NCBI RefSeq assembly: GCF_001194135.2
Contig: NC_068981.1
Location: forward strand, 18,944,132-19,007,484
DNA length: 63,353 nt
DNA from: Octopus bimaculoides
Taxonomy: Eukaryota
Direction: 5' to 3'
Shown here piece after piece: positions 10,141 to 23,529 of the stretch. Position numbers and translations under genes: made by a program. The notes under the pieces are model-generated. The model did not search any database. It was given only the letters and a program-made list of their open reading frames with translations, and was not told where the DNA came from. The first letter of the stretch is position 1. Every line of letters starts with the position of its first letter.

Positions 10141-13100
10141 CAAGGAAACTGTTTACATAGTGTCTGAAAGTAGGAGTTTTGGGTTGATCTATAATCTATG
10201 AATATGTTTATAGTTGCTAGACTGCATAATAGTAATACGTTTAGTGTATAGAGCTGACAATTCTGTTATCACAAAGCTTTCGTGCACCAATAGCTTTATT
10301 CTTTCTGCTTCTTAATCTGTTTTAAATAAATTCAAAAAAATGTTTTTCAGTCAGCAATGGAATATAACGTGTTTCTTGTGACTTCGCCTTAAGTCTCTCA
10401 AGACTAATCCTCTGAATTTACCTGGCTTTTACCAGAGATTTAAAGAGCCAGGGGTTCCTCTATTTTAATGTCGTAATCCCTAATGGATCAAATAATTTAT
10501 ATTGACTTGTTTCTTAGAGATCACCAAGTAAAAGATTACTGCCAATACTAATAGTATTCTAAATATTAAACCATATTCTTCATTCGAGGAATTCTCCTGG
10601 GATATAAAGACGACATGAAAAATATAGTTAAGTGGGGTTGGTTGGGGGTGAATTATACGTTCCCTACTGACTTTGGAAATTTGGGAGAAGAAAAAAGACC
10701 TGAAGCAACAAAAGGCCGACTTACATAACTTGACGAAAATAAGGAGAATAAAGCTAGTACATAATAACATTTCTAAAATACATATCTGTAGAAATAATGG
10801 AATGTCCTGACTAATTTATCATAGGAGAAATATCTAGTGGATATAATTATGTCTTGAAAAGAGAAAAATGTAATATTTTAGGAAGAAATCAGATTAACTA
10901 TTGTTTCTAGAATATTCTTTAAGAATTATCAAATTTCTAGTGGGAAAATTTAGGAATATTCTGGGGTGGTGTAGGTAGTTTTCAGTATGGCGAGTTGCAT
11001 ATGAGAAGGAATGGTGCTTTTCAACCAATTTGCTGATCTCAAATATACGTTTATATATCATCTGATACTTAATATTCATGAATCTAAGAATATAATACTT
11101 ATAATTTAATAACACAATATATTATATAATAAATTGTAATATTATGTAATATAAAACAGCAATATAATATAAAGGAGAATACATATCATGTCCCTTACTT
11201 ACTCCATCTCACCTTTTTCACCTGATACATCTACATATAAATACACATGCACGCTCTCACACACACACATGCACGCGTGCACACAGACACATGTATGCGT
11301 GCACACTCACATATGCACGCGTGCACACACATAGGTATGTATACAATGTGTGTGTGTGTGTGTGTGCGTACGTGTGTAAAAGGGTCGAAAGGTTGAAAAT
11401 GCACTCGGAGTCTTTAAAAAGATTTATTTACATTTAATAGATCTTACAATTTCATGATTTACTTAGCGTGGTTTAGAATTTCAAAAAAAAAAAAAAAAAA
11501 AAAAAAAAGAAGTGAGATGGAAGGATCTGGAGCTATGTTGTATTTGTCTCAACTCTGATTACAGCCTGAAAGGTTACTCCTTTTTAGGGAGAGATTTCGG
11601 CTCAAATTGCCAACTGAATGGGGCGCAGTTCGGTTGGCTGAAAGTGGTTACATAGACAAAGGATCATGTGGCTCTTTGAATGACAGTTGTACCATATACT
11701 GAGACTGTATTTAGTCAATCAATATGTCATGTGTCAGCATGGACAACAATTGCGCGATATGCCCGTGAAATAGTCACGTGATAGTGTGAACGATGATTAG
11801 GTAAAAAGTAATGACTGTGTCAATCCAGTGAATGTGTCATGTGAAAATACAAACAACGACTTGTGAAAATAGTTGAAAAGAGAGAAATAATGTATATTGT
11901 CTATTATTTTGTGTGTGAGAATGTGAATTACAGTTGTGTAATGTCTCTGTTCGATATAGTGTTATACATGATTCAGTTGTGGTTTGTATTTTTTAATAAA
12001 TTTACTGTCCTTATTTCTCCACATCTAATTTGCGGTTCTGTCAGAACAACGGTATAGTAGGAGAACTCGGAATTTTGGCGATTTGCTTGTGAGTATAAGT
12101 CTAACTATTCACTTAGTGTAATCTGTCTGGTATTATGATCTCGTATTTTTGCCCATGATTAGTGAGTCTTTTTCTCAAGATGAGTTTTGTTTGCCCAATG
12201 TAACTTTCGTTACAATCATCACATTTCATAACATAAATAAGTTTTCGAAGTACACGTGAAATATTTTTTTACAGCGAAGATAAGTCTTGATTTAGATTTA
12301 TGCTATGTGTCTTTTATAAGATGGGTGCAGGTTTCATAGTTCGGGCGACCACATATTTTGACAATTGGTGTTGTGTTTGTAACGGGTAATTTGGTGCTAG
12401 TAAATAATTTATTTAGGAATTCCAATTGCTTTTTATGTTTGGTTATTCTGTGTATTGAATGCTTTTTAAAAATGTTTTATCGTGTTTTCCTTCAGTAATA
12501 GCATGTTTTGATGCATAATGTTGTATGCTTCATTACTACTTTGGTTGTGTGTTGTGATGTAATATAGAGTATTTAAGCGATTTTCATTGCTTTTTGTCTT
12601 TCGTAATCCTTGAACTTCTATTGCTTTGACACATTCTATTCCGTTATCATATAATTTCAAATAGTATGTTTTAATTCTTCATGTCTTTTATTTTGAGTTT
12701 CAAAATTCGAAATGATTGAACAAATTCCCCTAGCTAGATTAAACGATTAAATAATATATTTATTTTGGTATATTTTGGGTGACAAGAAGTAAATAATAAG
12801 TAATGTTTATAGTCTGTCTGTTCGTTGTGGATGCTTGTTTTGATGTCTGTAACTTATTTGATGATTAATATGTCCAGGAAGAGTAATTGATTTTAACTGT
12901 ATTCCATTGTGAACTGTATATTGTTGCTTGCGTTATTAATTAGGGTTTTGAAACGATTAAGTTGGTCAAAACCGTGGGTTCACAGAATAAAGCAATCATC
13001 TAAGTAACGTTTTCAATTTTCTAATAGATGTTTGCGGAAGAGATGCTGTACTTTAGTCTAGAGTGTCTATATATTTGGATTTCTGACTATACCATGATGA

Positions 13101-13328
13101 CCAAATTGGTTTAAATTGGCGACAACTTTTGTTTTCATTACTCCTTCGGATATTTATTTGTAAATGCTGCCATTGAAGATGAAAAATTATTTTGTAGGAT
13201 AAATTTAATTTCTTCAGTAAGTAATCTTTTTTTCTATTCGGTCTGATGTTTCATTGGCTAATTTTTCAAGCCAAAATTCTACGGTGTCTAGTCCATAGAC
13301 ATCTGGGATAGTGATATAGAGGTATATT

Positions 13329-13795
13329 AAGGCGGCGAGCTGGCAGAATTGTTACGACTCCAGCAAAAATGCTTAGCAGCAATTCTTCTGACTTTAAAGG
13401 CGGTGAGCTGGCAGAAACGTTAGCGCGCCGGGCGAAATGCTTAGCGGTATTTCGTCTGCCTTTACATTCTGAGTTCAATTTCCGCCGAGGTCGACTTTGC
13501 CTTTCATCCTTTCGGGGTCGATAAGTACAGTACCAGCTACGCACTGGGGTCGATGTAATCGACTTAATCTCTTTGTCTGTCCTTGTTTGTCTCCTCTATG
13601 TTTAGCCCCTTGTGGGCAATAAAGAAATAAGTAATTCTTCTGACGTTACTTTCTAAGTTCAACTGCTGCCGGGCTCGACTACGCCTTTCTTCTTTTCGAG
13701 GTCGATAAAATAAATACTAATTGAACACTATGGTCGCTGTAGTCGACTTATCCCTCACCCAAAATTGCTGGTCTTGTATAAACATTTGAAACCAA
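13329..13795 (+). mobile_element. Older SINE A (A1 tail), split by a younger SINE
   Basis: Head at 13329-13392, remainder at 13633-13795. Flanked by a degenerate duplication ATATAGAGGTATA / ATATAGAAGCATA. Confidence 0.8.
13393..13632 (+). mobile_element. Younger SINE A (A2 tail), nested
   Basis: Full consensus-like copy; 12-bp TSD AATTCTTCTGAC at 13381-13392 and 13633-13644. Confidence 0.9.
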
Positions 13796-14052
13796 TATAG
13801 AAGCATACAAAATAAAATGATGCAGTAATAGTGTTTTTGTTAACTTTTTTGTGGGTCGGGGAAGGTATTTTGCAAGTTCCAGGCCAGCTCTTATAAAGCT
13901 TGGTGTGTGTTTCTAAATGAGTTTCAGTAGTATGGCTATGAAGTTACTAAATTTGTGTGTATCACAGATTAGGTCCGCTTCATCTGGACTTAACGTATTC
14001 TTTTTAAATACATTTACTCGAGTGAATTTTGTGAACCCCGTATTGCTTTCTT

Positions 14053-14241
14053 GCTTCATGCTCTTGCTTGATGTAGCTGGAGGTCATCCTCGGTTAGGGG
14101 TCCCAGTGATGTCATCATGCATAGAAGCAGCCAGGTCCAGTCCCGTGCCAGCCCTTCTGTACCCTCCAAGGTGATGCCAATCCTCTGGAGATCTTCCTCA
14201 ATCACCTCCAGTCACTTGGAAACGGAAGGACTCCGTATCGG
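14053..14241 (-). mobile_element. Short RTE-like LINE 3' fragment inserted in the PLE
   Basis: Minus strand LEVIEEDLQRIGITLEGTEGLARDW plus a CAAGCAAG-like tail. PLE coding sequence resumes on both sides; possible AAGAAA TSD. Confidence 0.55.
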
Positions 14242-15599
14242 TTTCTTATTTTGCAAAGTTCGTGAGTTGGTCAGATTCTTTGACGTTTAAACCTTTAGGC
14301 TGTAGATGAATGAAGGCACTAAATTTCTTTATTGCTTTTGACAGTTGGTCATTATTTGTCTTTTCATAATAGGTGATGTCTTGTAGTAGCGATAATGTGG
14401 TATTTTTATAACATTTACCATCTATAACTACAGCATTTCCCTTATCAGCTTCTTTTATTGTGATTGCATTGTTTCTGAGTTCCTGAATAATTTCCTATTA
14501 CTTTCAACTGGTGTTTGATTTCAATTTAAGGGATAGTAGTTCATGATACAGTAAAGTCGATTTAAAATCAAAATTTATCTAATGCTTTGTTCCTACATTT
14601 TGACGGATTGTAATTGCTTTTATTTCATACAATTGATTCCTCATTGTTTTCTTTGTCAAATAATTCTTCTATTAGACGTAATTTTCTGCAGAAGTGAGAG
14701 ATGTCGTGCTGTTTTTCATTGCAGATATTGTATTGTTATATTGGATTGAATTTTAAACCTCTTGAGAAGACTTGAGTGCGTTGCATTGAAAGGTTTTTGC
14801 ATGACAAATTGATTATCTTCGGTTTCTCACATTCAGTTTGTACCACCTGGTGTCGCGAATTCTAAAAAAAAGTATTGTCCTTAAAGTTTATCATTCTGTT
14901 GGTGTTTCTGTAGTGATTGCGTTCGTTCTTAGACCTAGATTGTAACTGGTGAGATTGTTTTACGGTTCATAAAGCCTATTCCTTTACGTATGTTGGGTTC
15001 CACAATTCTCGGAGATAATCTGTCTTGAAGAAAAGAGGTTTGGGATTCTTCAAGTAGAATCTCTACGTTGTCAAGATATTCTTTTTTTTTTTTTTTTCAT
15101 GTAATTCTTTTGTATCTTGCTGATTTTCAGTACCTGTTTTACTGTCTGTAATAGCATCTGTTGGTTGTAGCTTTCTTCAAGAATGAGTTATCGGTACGAT
15201 ATTCATAATTTCTGAACCAATTAGAGCTTTTATCCTTTCTCTCCATTTTCACATTTTCATCCCTAAGTTTAATAGTGTTTCCAAATAGCAAGTTATTGGC
15301 CCTTTCAAAATTTCCTCATCTGTTCGTTCGCTAGTTGATTCTATGTTTTTTTTTTTCGTTCTTCAGATTCATTAGAGGTAGATTTAATTTGTAATTTCCT
15401 TGGAAGAACAATTAGTCCTCGATATTGAATTAATCTATTTGTTACATATTTCAGGTGTGCATTTAATGTTTGCCATGTTCCGTTTGCGAGTTGTGAGTTC
15501 GTGAGGTTTTTGGTTTTGAATATGATTTCAGCCTGTATTTGAACATGTTAGTCGTTGCAGATTAATATCATTTTCATGTTTTTTGATTCTGAATTTTGT

Positions 15600-15925
15600 T
15601 CTTTCTCTCATTTATCATAGTCTCTGGTTCATGTTCATACCACTTTTCTGTAACGTTGAATCCACACACTCGCCTAAACATCCCAATGTACTCTCTTTAC
15701 CTACACAATCACACCAGCGCTGATACTCTCTTTTGTGCTAGTTTACTGCATTCACACAAGAGATGGTTAATACTTTCGTCAGCTTTTCACGGATTTTGTC
15801 TTTGCTCTCAGGCTGAATTTCATCAACCTCTGCTTTTATCAGATTCGTCCTAGTGGCTTGTTTCTGAGCAGTTGTAATTAGCGCTTTGGTTTCTCGTTTT
15901 AACTTTCCGTTCGTCAACCACACCT
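15600..15925 (-). mobile_element. REL-type (R4/Dong-like) non-LTR retrotransposon fragment, CCHC region
   Basis: WLTNGKLKRETKALITTAQKQATRTNLIKA...ADESINHLLCECSKLAQK...VHWDV...EKWYEHEPET. Confidence 0.8.
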
Positions 15926-16778
15926 AGCTTTCTTTACTTACATAATTTTCAGTTTGTTGTATGATTTGGCCAGAGGATCCAGATCAGAGTCTCATACAAG
16001 GTATTGGATTAAGTCAGCCAGCTTTCACTACAGTTTCTTTTCTGCTTGATATCATGCTTATGTCCACGGTTGAAGACGTTTGCCCTAAGCCTTGGGAAAT
16101 GGGCCTGAAGCTGAAAATTCGTAACTGTGAAGCAGAATACTTAACCACTTACGCACGCACCCCCCTCTCTCTCTCTCTCAAACACAGAATCATAGATAGA
16201 TATAGACCTCACATATACCTCTCTCTCACACACACATATCACACACACACACACACACACAACACACATACATCACATACATACAACACACNNNNNNNNN
16301 NNNNNNNNNNNNNNNNNNNNNNNNNNNNNNNNNNNNNNNNNNNNNNNNNNNNNNNNNNNNNNNNNNNNNNNNNNNNNNNNNNNNNNNNNNNNNNNNNNNN
16401 NNNNNNNNNNNNNNNNNNNNNNNNNNNNNNNNNNNNNNNNNNNNNNNNNNNNNNNNNNNNNNNNNNNNNNNATGGAAAACTAACAAATAGCTAATGAGAG
16501 AAGGAAAAAAAAAATGTCGAAAGCTTTTAGATAAAGTGACCAATTAAATCTTCCGGATACATTAACAAATACAATTAGCAATCAGTAATAAAAGCCATTC
16601 TGGATAGATGAGTGTTAACTGATATACGTTAGAACATCTCATTTCTATTAAAATATCAGAAAGCTTTATTTCAACAACCCTGCTACGAAAACAAAAATCT
16701 CTTCTCACTTGTAAAACTATCTGTTTTTCAAGGGAGCTAATTAGCTTGATGCTATCTTTGGTTTCTTTTTATTTACAG

Positions 16779-16816
16779 CATGACAGGAAATCTTTTCTGC
16801 TGAACGCAACGCAAAA
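16779..16816 (+). other. Candidate 38-nt host exon (unverified)
   Basis: CTAAT branch-like motif at 16737, T-rich tract ending TTTACAG|, donor AA|GTATGT; one open frame HDRKSFLLNATQ. No homology recognised. Confidence 0.25.
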
Positions 16817-17102
16817 GTATGTTTACAATTCAAAAACTTCCCTCTCGCAAGCAAGCTGTCCAGAACAATATCTTTTACCTTGTTCAACTACTACTGCTGC
16901 TACTACGGCTGCTGCGACCTCTGCTGCTGGTGAATAAAGTAATGTGTTTAACAAAAACATCTGCATTTTGTTGCAAAGAACTCTCCTGGGATTAGAGATA
17001 GGAAACTTAACATGTATTTTTATCCAGTTAGAAACATTTTCAGTCTGAAAAACAGATGTTCTCGACAGATTGGGAGATTTAGAGTTCCATTACTCACTAT
17101 GA

Positions 17103-17518
17103 TGTGTGTGTGTGTGCGTGTGTGTGTGTGTGTGTATGAGTGTGTATGTGAGTTTGAGGTGTGTATATGAGAATTTGTGTCAGTGTGTATGTGTATACAT
17201 ATACGTTTCTGCTTCAGTGTGTGTATATGCGTGTGTGTGTGTGTATGTTCGTGTGTCTACACTTATGTTTTTGTATAAGTGTATTTTTGCCAGTGTGCTT
17301 GTGTCATTGTGTATAGTGGGCCAGCGTGTGCATGCGCGCGCGTATGTGTATGTGTGTGTGAGCGTGAGTGTGTATATGTGTGCAAGTGTGTTTGTGTGTC
17401 AGCGTCTATACCTATACATTATGTAGTAAATGCTTTTTTGCGTGTATCATTGCGTATACGTAGGCCAGTATGTGCGTGCTTATGTGCGTTTGTGAGAGTG
17501 AGAGATTGCGTGTGTATG

Positions 17519-17555
<37 letters not shown>

Positions 17556-17620
17556 GCTTGTGTGCATGCCAATTTGTATGTGCATACATTTATGTTTTTA
17601 TAAGTGTGTGCGTATGTTTG
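17103..17620. repeat. Degenerate (TG)n-rich low-complexity tract
   Basis: Direct observation. Confidence 0.9.
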
Positions 17621-18329
17621 TGTTTCAAGTGTCACTCGCTCATCCAATACTCAAGAAGAATACTCAACAACAATATCCTAATTACAAGTTTCACTGACTG
17701 TTTATTATTAAATAACATTAATACAGGGAAAGAATTCTAAACTTTTTTGTTTTTGTAGCAAATCTCATCTATGGTGGGTTGATAGGTCCTATCATGCTAC
17801 CAAAGTTAACACCCACTCAGGGCAACTGACTGTCTTCCATGGGGTTCGTTCTGCAAAAAGCATTCAAAGTTAACACAATAATTCCTATAAAAACATCTAT
17901 CGTTTTTTCTTTCTTTTTTTTATTCTTTGTTTATAGTACTTTTCCTCTACTGACGGTGCTCTCTTTTAGATACATTACCACGAGAGCTGAGGGATAAATA
18001 CCTGAGGAGCGTGTTCTGGATACTAAACACACATAGTGTAGATTCTCACATGTTTAATATAATGGGTTGAGAATCTGAGATTAATCATGCAGTTAGTGAA
18101 GAATATTTTCTCTAGTGGTTTATAAAACTCTAAAAAACAATAAGCAAGGGAGATAACTCCTGTAATATCAACCAAAACCACGTTCAGTTGGGAAAACAAA
18201 GCCGATGTAGTTTAAAAGTAGGTTTACACTTGAAAACCAACTAGTGAAAGCAATAGACTTGTTTCAATGTTATTAGATCTCCTCAGTGAGACATATTTAT
18301 TTCAACTGCTAGATTTGTAATTGCTCCAT

Positions 18330-18448
<119 letters not shown>

Positions 18449-19043
18449 AGGATAAACACAACATGCGATTTTTACTATTTGTTCTCTATGCACGTTTCAC
18501 AATTTTGTTTATTTGCATCTTCTGCAATGCATTATTATCAGCGCATTTAGATGCAGATCCATAACGGTTATTCAGGGAAACACATTATTATATTATGTTT
18601 ACAAAGAACAAATGCTTATACCGGAATAAAGGCATGCAGGGTTTCATTTTGATAGAAACAAGAATGTCAAGAAATTTGTTCTAAGCTACAGATGTGCGAA
18701 AACTAAGAGGAAAACTAAAACGTACTCAGCTTTTTTCTTCAGTCAACAGGCGTCTTAAATTAGGTTAACACCATGGTAGATGACTTAATTTGTATATTTG
18801 GGAAAATTGCTTGATTAGTGGACCGTCAAAGCCCAAATATGAGCCGTTAATAATCTCGGTCATAAATTAAACTATCCGCCACGATACCGCTCTAATTTAC
18901 GATAGCTTTGTAAGGAGAGGTTGTATACTACTGACCGGGGACGTAAGCAGGGTACGATTGTTGAACAAAGCATGAGACAGTCCGGCAGGAGACTTCCTTT
19001 CACTTCTTTCCACTCGTCAATAGCACAGAAAGAATATATTTAC

Positions 19044-19276
19044 GAGGCGACGGGCTGGCAGAAACGTTAGCACGCCGGGCGAAATGCTTAGCAGTGTTTC
19101 GTCTGCCGTTGCGTTCTGACTTCAAATTCTGCCGAGGTCAACTTTGCCTTTCGTTCTTTCGGGGTCGATAAATTAAGTACCAGTTACGCACTGGGGTCGA
19201 TGTAATTGACTTAATCCGTTTGTCTGTCCTTGTTTGTCCCCTTTGTGTGTAGCCCCTTGAGGGCAGTAAAGAAATA
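19044..19276 (+). mobile_element. SINE A (A2 tail), full length
   Basis: Consensus-like copy; 17-bp TSD AGAAAGAATATATTTAC (19027-19043) / AGAAAGATTATATTTAC (19277-19293), one mismatch. Confidence 0.9.
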
Positions 19277-20972
19277 AGAAAGATTATATTTACAATGTTG
19301 TTTCAAGCACAGGGTGGCTTTGTAATACTTAAATTTAAATTTATGTCTACTCTTGTTATTTATGCTGTCTATATATATATATATATTACACTCTGAATTT
19401 TCTTTCTGTTTTTTTCTTTTTTCTTTTCTTTTTTCTTCCNNNNNNNNNNNNNNNNNNNNNNNNNNNNNNNNNNNNNNNNNNNNNNNNNNNNNNNNNNNNN
19501 NNNNNNNNNNNNNNNNNNNNNNNNNNNNNNNNNNNNNNNNNNNNNNNNNNNNNNNNNNNNNNNNNNNNNNNNNNNNNNNNNNNNNNNNNNNNNNNNNNNN
19601 NNNNNNNNNNNNNNNNNNNNNNNNNNNNNNNNNNNNNNNNNNNNNNNNNNNNNNNNNNNNNNNNNNNNNNNNNNNNNNNNNNNNNNNNNNNNNNNNNNNN
19701 NNNNNNNNNNNNNNNNNNNNNNNNNNNNNNNNNNNNNNNNNNNNNNNNNNNNNNNNNNNNNNNNNNNNNNNNNNNNNNNNNNNNNNNNNNNNNNNNNNNN
19801 NNNNNNNNNNNNNNNNNNNNNNNNNNNNNNNNNNNNNNNNNNNNNNNNNNNNNNNNNNNNNNNNNNNNNNNNNNNNNNNNNNNNNNNNNNNNNNNNNNNN
19901 NNNNNNNNNNNNNNNNNNNNNNNNNNNNNNNNNNNNNNNNNNNNNNNNNNNNNNNNNNNNNNNNNNNNNNNNNNNNNNNNNNNNNNNNNNNNNNNNNNNN
20001 NNNNNNNNNNNNNNNNNNNNNNNNNNNNNNNNNNNNNNNNNNNNNNNNNNNNNNNNNNNNNNNNNNNNNNNNNNNNNNNNNNNNNNNNNNNNNNNNNNNN
20101 NNNNNNNNNNNNNNNNNNNNNNNNNNNNNNNNNNNNNNNNNNNNNNNNNNNNNNNNNNNNNNNNNNNNNNNNNNNNNNNNNNNNNNNNNNNNNNNNNNNN
20201 NNNNNNNNNNNNNNNNNNNNNNNNNNNNNNNNNNNNNNNNNNNNNNNNNNNNNNNNNNNNNNNNNNNNNNNNNNNNNNNNNNNNNNNNNNNNNNNNNNNN
20301 NNNNNNNNNNNNNNNNNNNNNNNNNNNNNNNNCATAGAGAAAGAGCCGGACTCTAACATAGATTCAAGGCTCCTTCATTGGAAATTTTATCAACATCATC
20401 TAGGTATTTGTGCATATGTGTGTGTGCAGTATTTCGTGTTAGTGTATGCGCAGATTTGTATGTTTGTTTTATGGATGCGTTTTTATGTCTAGATGCATGC
20501 ATATGTATTTATGTGCTAAATTCTTGGAAAGTTTTACATATCTTTACAGTTCCATTGATGGCTTGAATCTGTAGTCTTCTAATCAGCCTTTTTCTTTCTG
20601 GTTTTGAGAACCCTAATTTTTCCAGGTTTTATGTATGTATGTATGTATGTATGTATGTATGTATGTATGTATGTATGTGATTATGAATATCAACATTAGT
20701 ACTTGTGTTCTGTGTGCTAATAGATAATACGACGTATCGTTGTTTTTACCAGTTAGCTATAAAGACTACAACTTCTCATATTTGTATGTATTTAGTTTTC
20801 AAAAACTTCGACTGTATAGTCTTCCCTTGCTTGTTGTTTTTAAACAGTAAATACTTCACGAAAGAGTTTTGGTTTATTATTTGCATGGATAATCTCACTT
20901 AATTGAAATTTTTCAATTGGTCATATTATGTTTCCATAAATTTCCTTTTCGAAGTGAAATAATTTCATTACT

Positions 20973-21344
20973 GTGGAGGCGCAATGGCCCAGTGGTTATG
21001 ACAGCGGACTCACGGTCATAGGATCGCGGTTTCGATTCCCAGACCGGGCGTTGTGAATGTTTATTGAGCGAAAACACCTAAAGCTCCACGAGGCTCCGGC
21101 AGGGGATGGTGGTGAACCCTGCTGTACTCTTTCACCACAACTTTCTTTCACTCTTACTTCCTGTTTCTGTTGTGCCTGTAATTCGAAGGGTCAGCCTTGT
21201 CACACTGTGTCACGCTGAATATCCCCGAGAACTACGTTAAGGGTGCTCAGCCACTTGCACGTTAACTTCACGAGCAGGCTGTTCCGTTGATTGGATCAGC
21301 TGGAACCCTCGACGTCGTAAGCGACGGAGTGCCAACAACAACAG
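20973..21344 (+). mobile_element. tRNA-derived SINE family C, full length
   Basis: A box TGGCCCAGTGGTTA, B box GGTTTCGATTCCC, (ACA)n tail; 10-bp TSD TTTCATTACT at 20963-20972 and 21345-21354. Confidence 0.9.
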
Positions 21345-21954
21345 TTTCATTACTATGAAGAAAGGGAGAGATCCAACGTTTTGGGCGACAATCTCTTCAA
21401 ACATGTCTGCCGGTGTAGACAGCCACCAGTTTCAGATTTATCTTTCACTTAAGTCCTGATTTTCAGAGGGTGTAGAAACTACAGTCAGAGAATACAGGAA
21501 TACGAACTATCTCAGGCCATTGCATTATACTGTATTTCTTTTTCTCTACTAGTTAGTGACTGGTTCCCCTCCTTATCAATCATTGAATTTTATGTGACTC
21601 CCAGGAATCCATTAGTCTCTAAATGAGAGACCTTCGGTGATTGGATGCTAATGTCATTTGTCATGTCTCTCAGACAAACACATTCATAATCAACTATGAG
21701 AAAGTTTTAAAAAATGAATCTGTAGCACCATTTTATACTCTCTTCCACTCCAGTCTTCATTGACCTACTTTTTATTGTTCATCAATGAGCATAGTAGTGA
21801 TATTACAGATTTCTTGTGCGTAAGTTAATTATAAATATTCAGTTACATTTTTCAGCTTTAAAGTATCCAAGCATTTTGGTGGTGATTTCAGCAGCAATGG
21901 CTCATGAAGTCGAACAGAGGGACAATAGTATAGACTCTTTAAGAATTATTACGA

Positions 21955-22430
21955 AGGTGGTGATGGTAGAGGCGGTTATTGTGGTGGTGGTGGTAGTGGT
22001 GGAGATAGCAGTATTGATAATGATAATCATGGTAGCGGTGATGGTTAGACTGTGGTGATTTTGGTAGTGGTGATAGCGTGGTGGTGGTGGTGGTGATGGT
22101 AGTGCCTTTGAAAGTGATGGGTGAGGTGTCGCTGGTGATGACGAGTGGTAAAAGTTGTAGCGATGGTGCTGAGAGCGATAGTGGTGGGGATGATAATGAC
22201 GAAGGTGATAGTAATGGTGGTAGTGATAGTGGTTGTAATAATGCTGGATGTGGTGGCAATGGTGGTGGTAGTAGTAGTAATGATGGTGCCAGTGATTGTG
22301 GTTGTGGGGAACCATGGTTAAAGTGGTGGTGGTGGTGGTGGTGGTGGTGGTGGCGGTGGTGGTAGTGGGTCATTGTGATGGAGATACCGTAGTGGAGGTG
22401 ATGGTGTCGGTGACACTAATGGCGGCTAGT
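21955..22430. repeat. Degenerate (GGT)/(GAT)/(AGT) trinucleotide tract
   Basis: Direct observation; explains the poly-H/V/W ORFs in the track. Confidence 0.9.
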
Positions 22431-23107
22431 GATCACGATATATATATATATATAAGCAATAAAAATGAACCTACTTGTAGTAAGAGTACTATGTTTTCGT
22501 GGTACACGTTCCCACCTGGTGTAATTGACTGCTGCAGAATGGGCTGCAATATCGAGATCTGTGAGAGTCGACACTGTTGTGGGGCGACGGTTAGAGTCAG
22601 TGAAATCGTTGAAGAAGTTTACCAAAGACATTTTGAACAACTGTAGCTGGAAGGAAAGAAAAGTTTGGTTAGAATATATAATAATCTCAATATATCTCTT
22701 GTCATGCTACATAGTTATTGTCACCGCTGATATGGAAGTCTAACGGTAAAGAAATATAGGAGGTAAAAACCTACGCGAAGTCGACTACTGTAAAACAAAT
22801 TAGCACGTGAAAGCTGAGATCAGGCCGAAGAGTCAGAATATCTTTGGCAGTAAAGTCTGCAAAAATTCGATTATAAAAGAAGAGGCAGAACAGAAGCCAA
22901 ATATATTTCATATCCTGATATTGAGAGTGTGAAAGTCTGGAAACGTTGATTATGGATCTAGGAACTTTAGTGCAACAACAATAACAAATAAAACAAATGC
23001 AAACAAATGAAAAAAAAAACACGAAAATACGGAAGATCCTTAATAAAAAAAACATGTAACTTAAGCATATATTCACAGGCATAGATGCTTGCTTATATAT
23101 GTGTGTG

Positions 23108-23148
<41 letters not shown>

Positions 23149-23167
23149 NNNNNNNNNNGATAGATAG

Positions 23168-23228
<61 letters not shown>

Positions 23229-23529
23229 AAGGTGTACGTACGCCGCTATATGTATATTAAAAGAATAGAAAAAATGGGACAAGTACTCTACAGGAGACAA
23301 CAAAACATCCAGATAGATGATACAAAAACGGACAAGAAAAAACATGGGCGGGTCATTCGGAGTTTTCTTTCCTCATATAAATAATATATAAATATATGCT
23401 TATATGCATACATATATATACATACCTACTTATATATGCATACATGGGTACAGGACATCAAAAAAAAAAACGTNNNNNNNNNNACATACCTACTTATATA
23501 TGCATACATGGGTACAGGACATCAAAAAA

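Larger units (their letters stand above)
11960..15500 (-). mobile_element. Near full-length decayed Penelope-like element (RT plus GIY-YIG endonuclease), interrupted by insertions
   Basis: Motifs in order on the minus strand: VFSRGLKF, HFCRKLRL, ITIKEADKGNAVVID (~14440), YGVHKIHSSK, NTITASF.., GLDTVEFWLEK, CGRPNYETC, LIYVMKCDDCNESYIGQT (~12190-12242), KDSKFIKKYKPQLN* (~11963). Many stops and frameshifts. Confidence 0.85.

Noticed and set aside
19211-20492. Long ORFs (300-380 aa) here and at 37165-38330, 56095-57213 and 59214-60171
   Set aside because: They run through N gaps translated as X; not real coding evidence.
20973-21050. tRNA gene
   Set aside because: A and B boxes are present but continue into a 370-bp SINE body with tail and TSD; no proper cloverleaf end.
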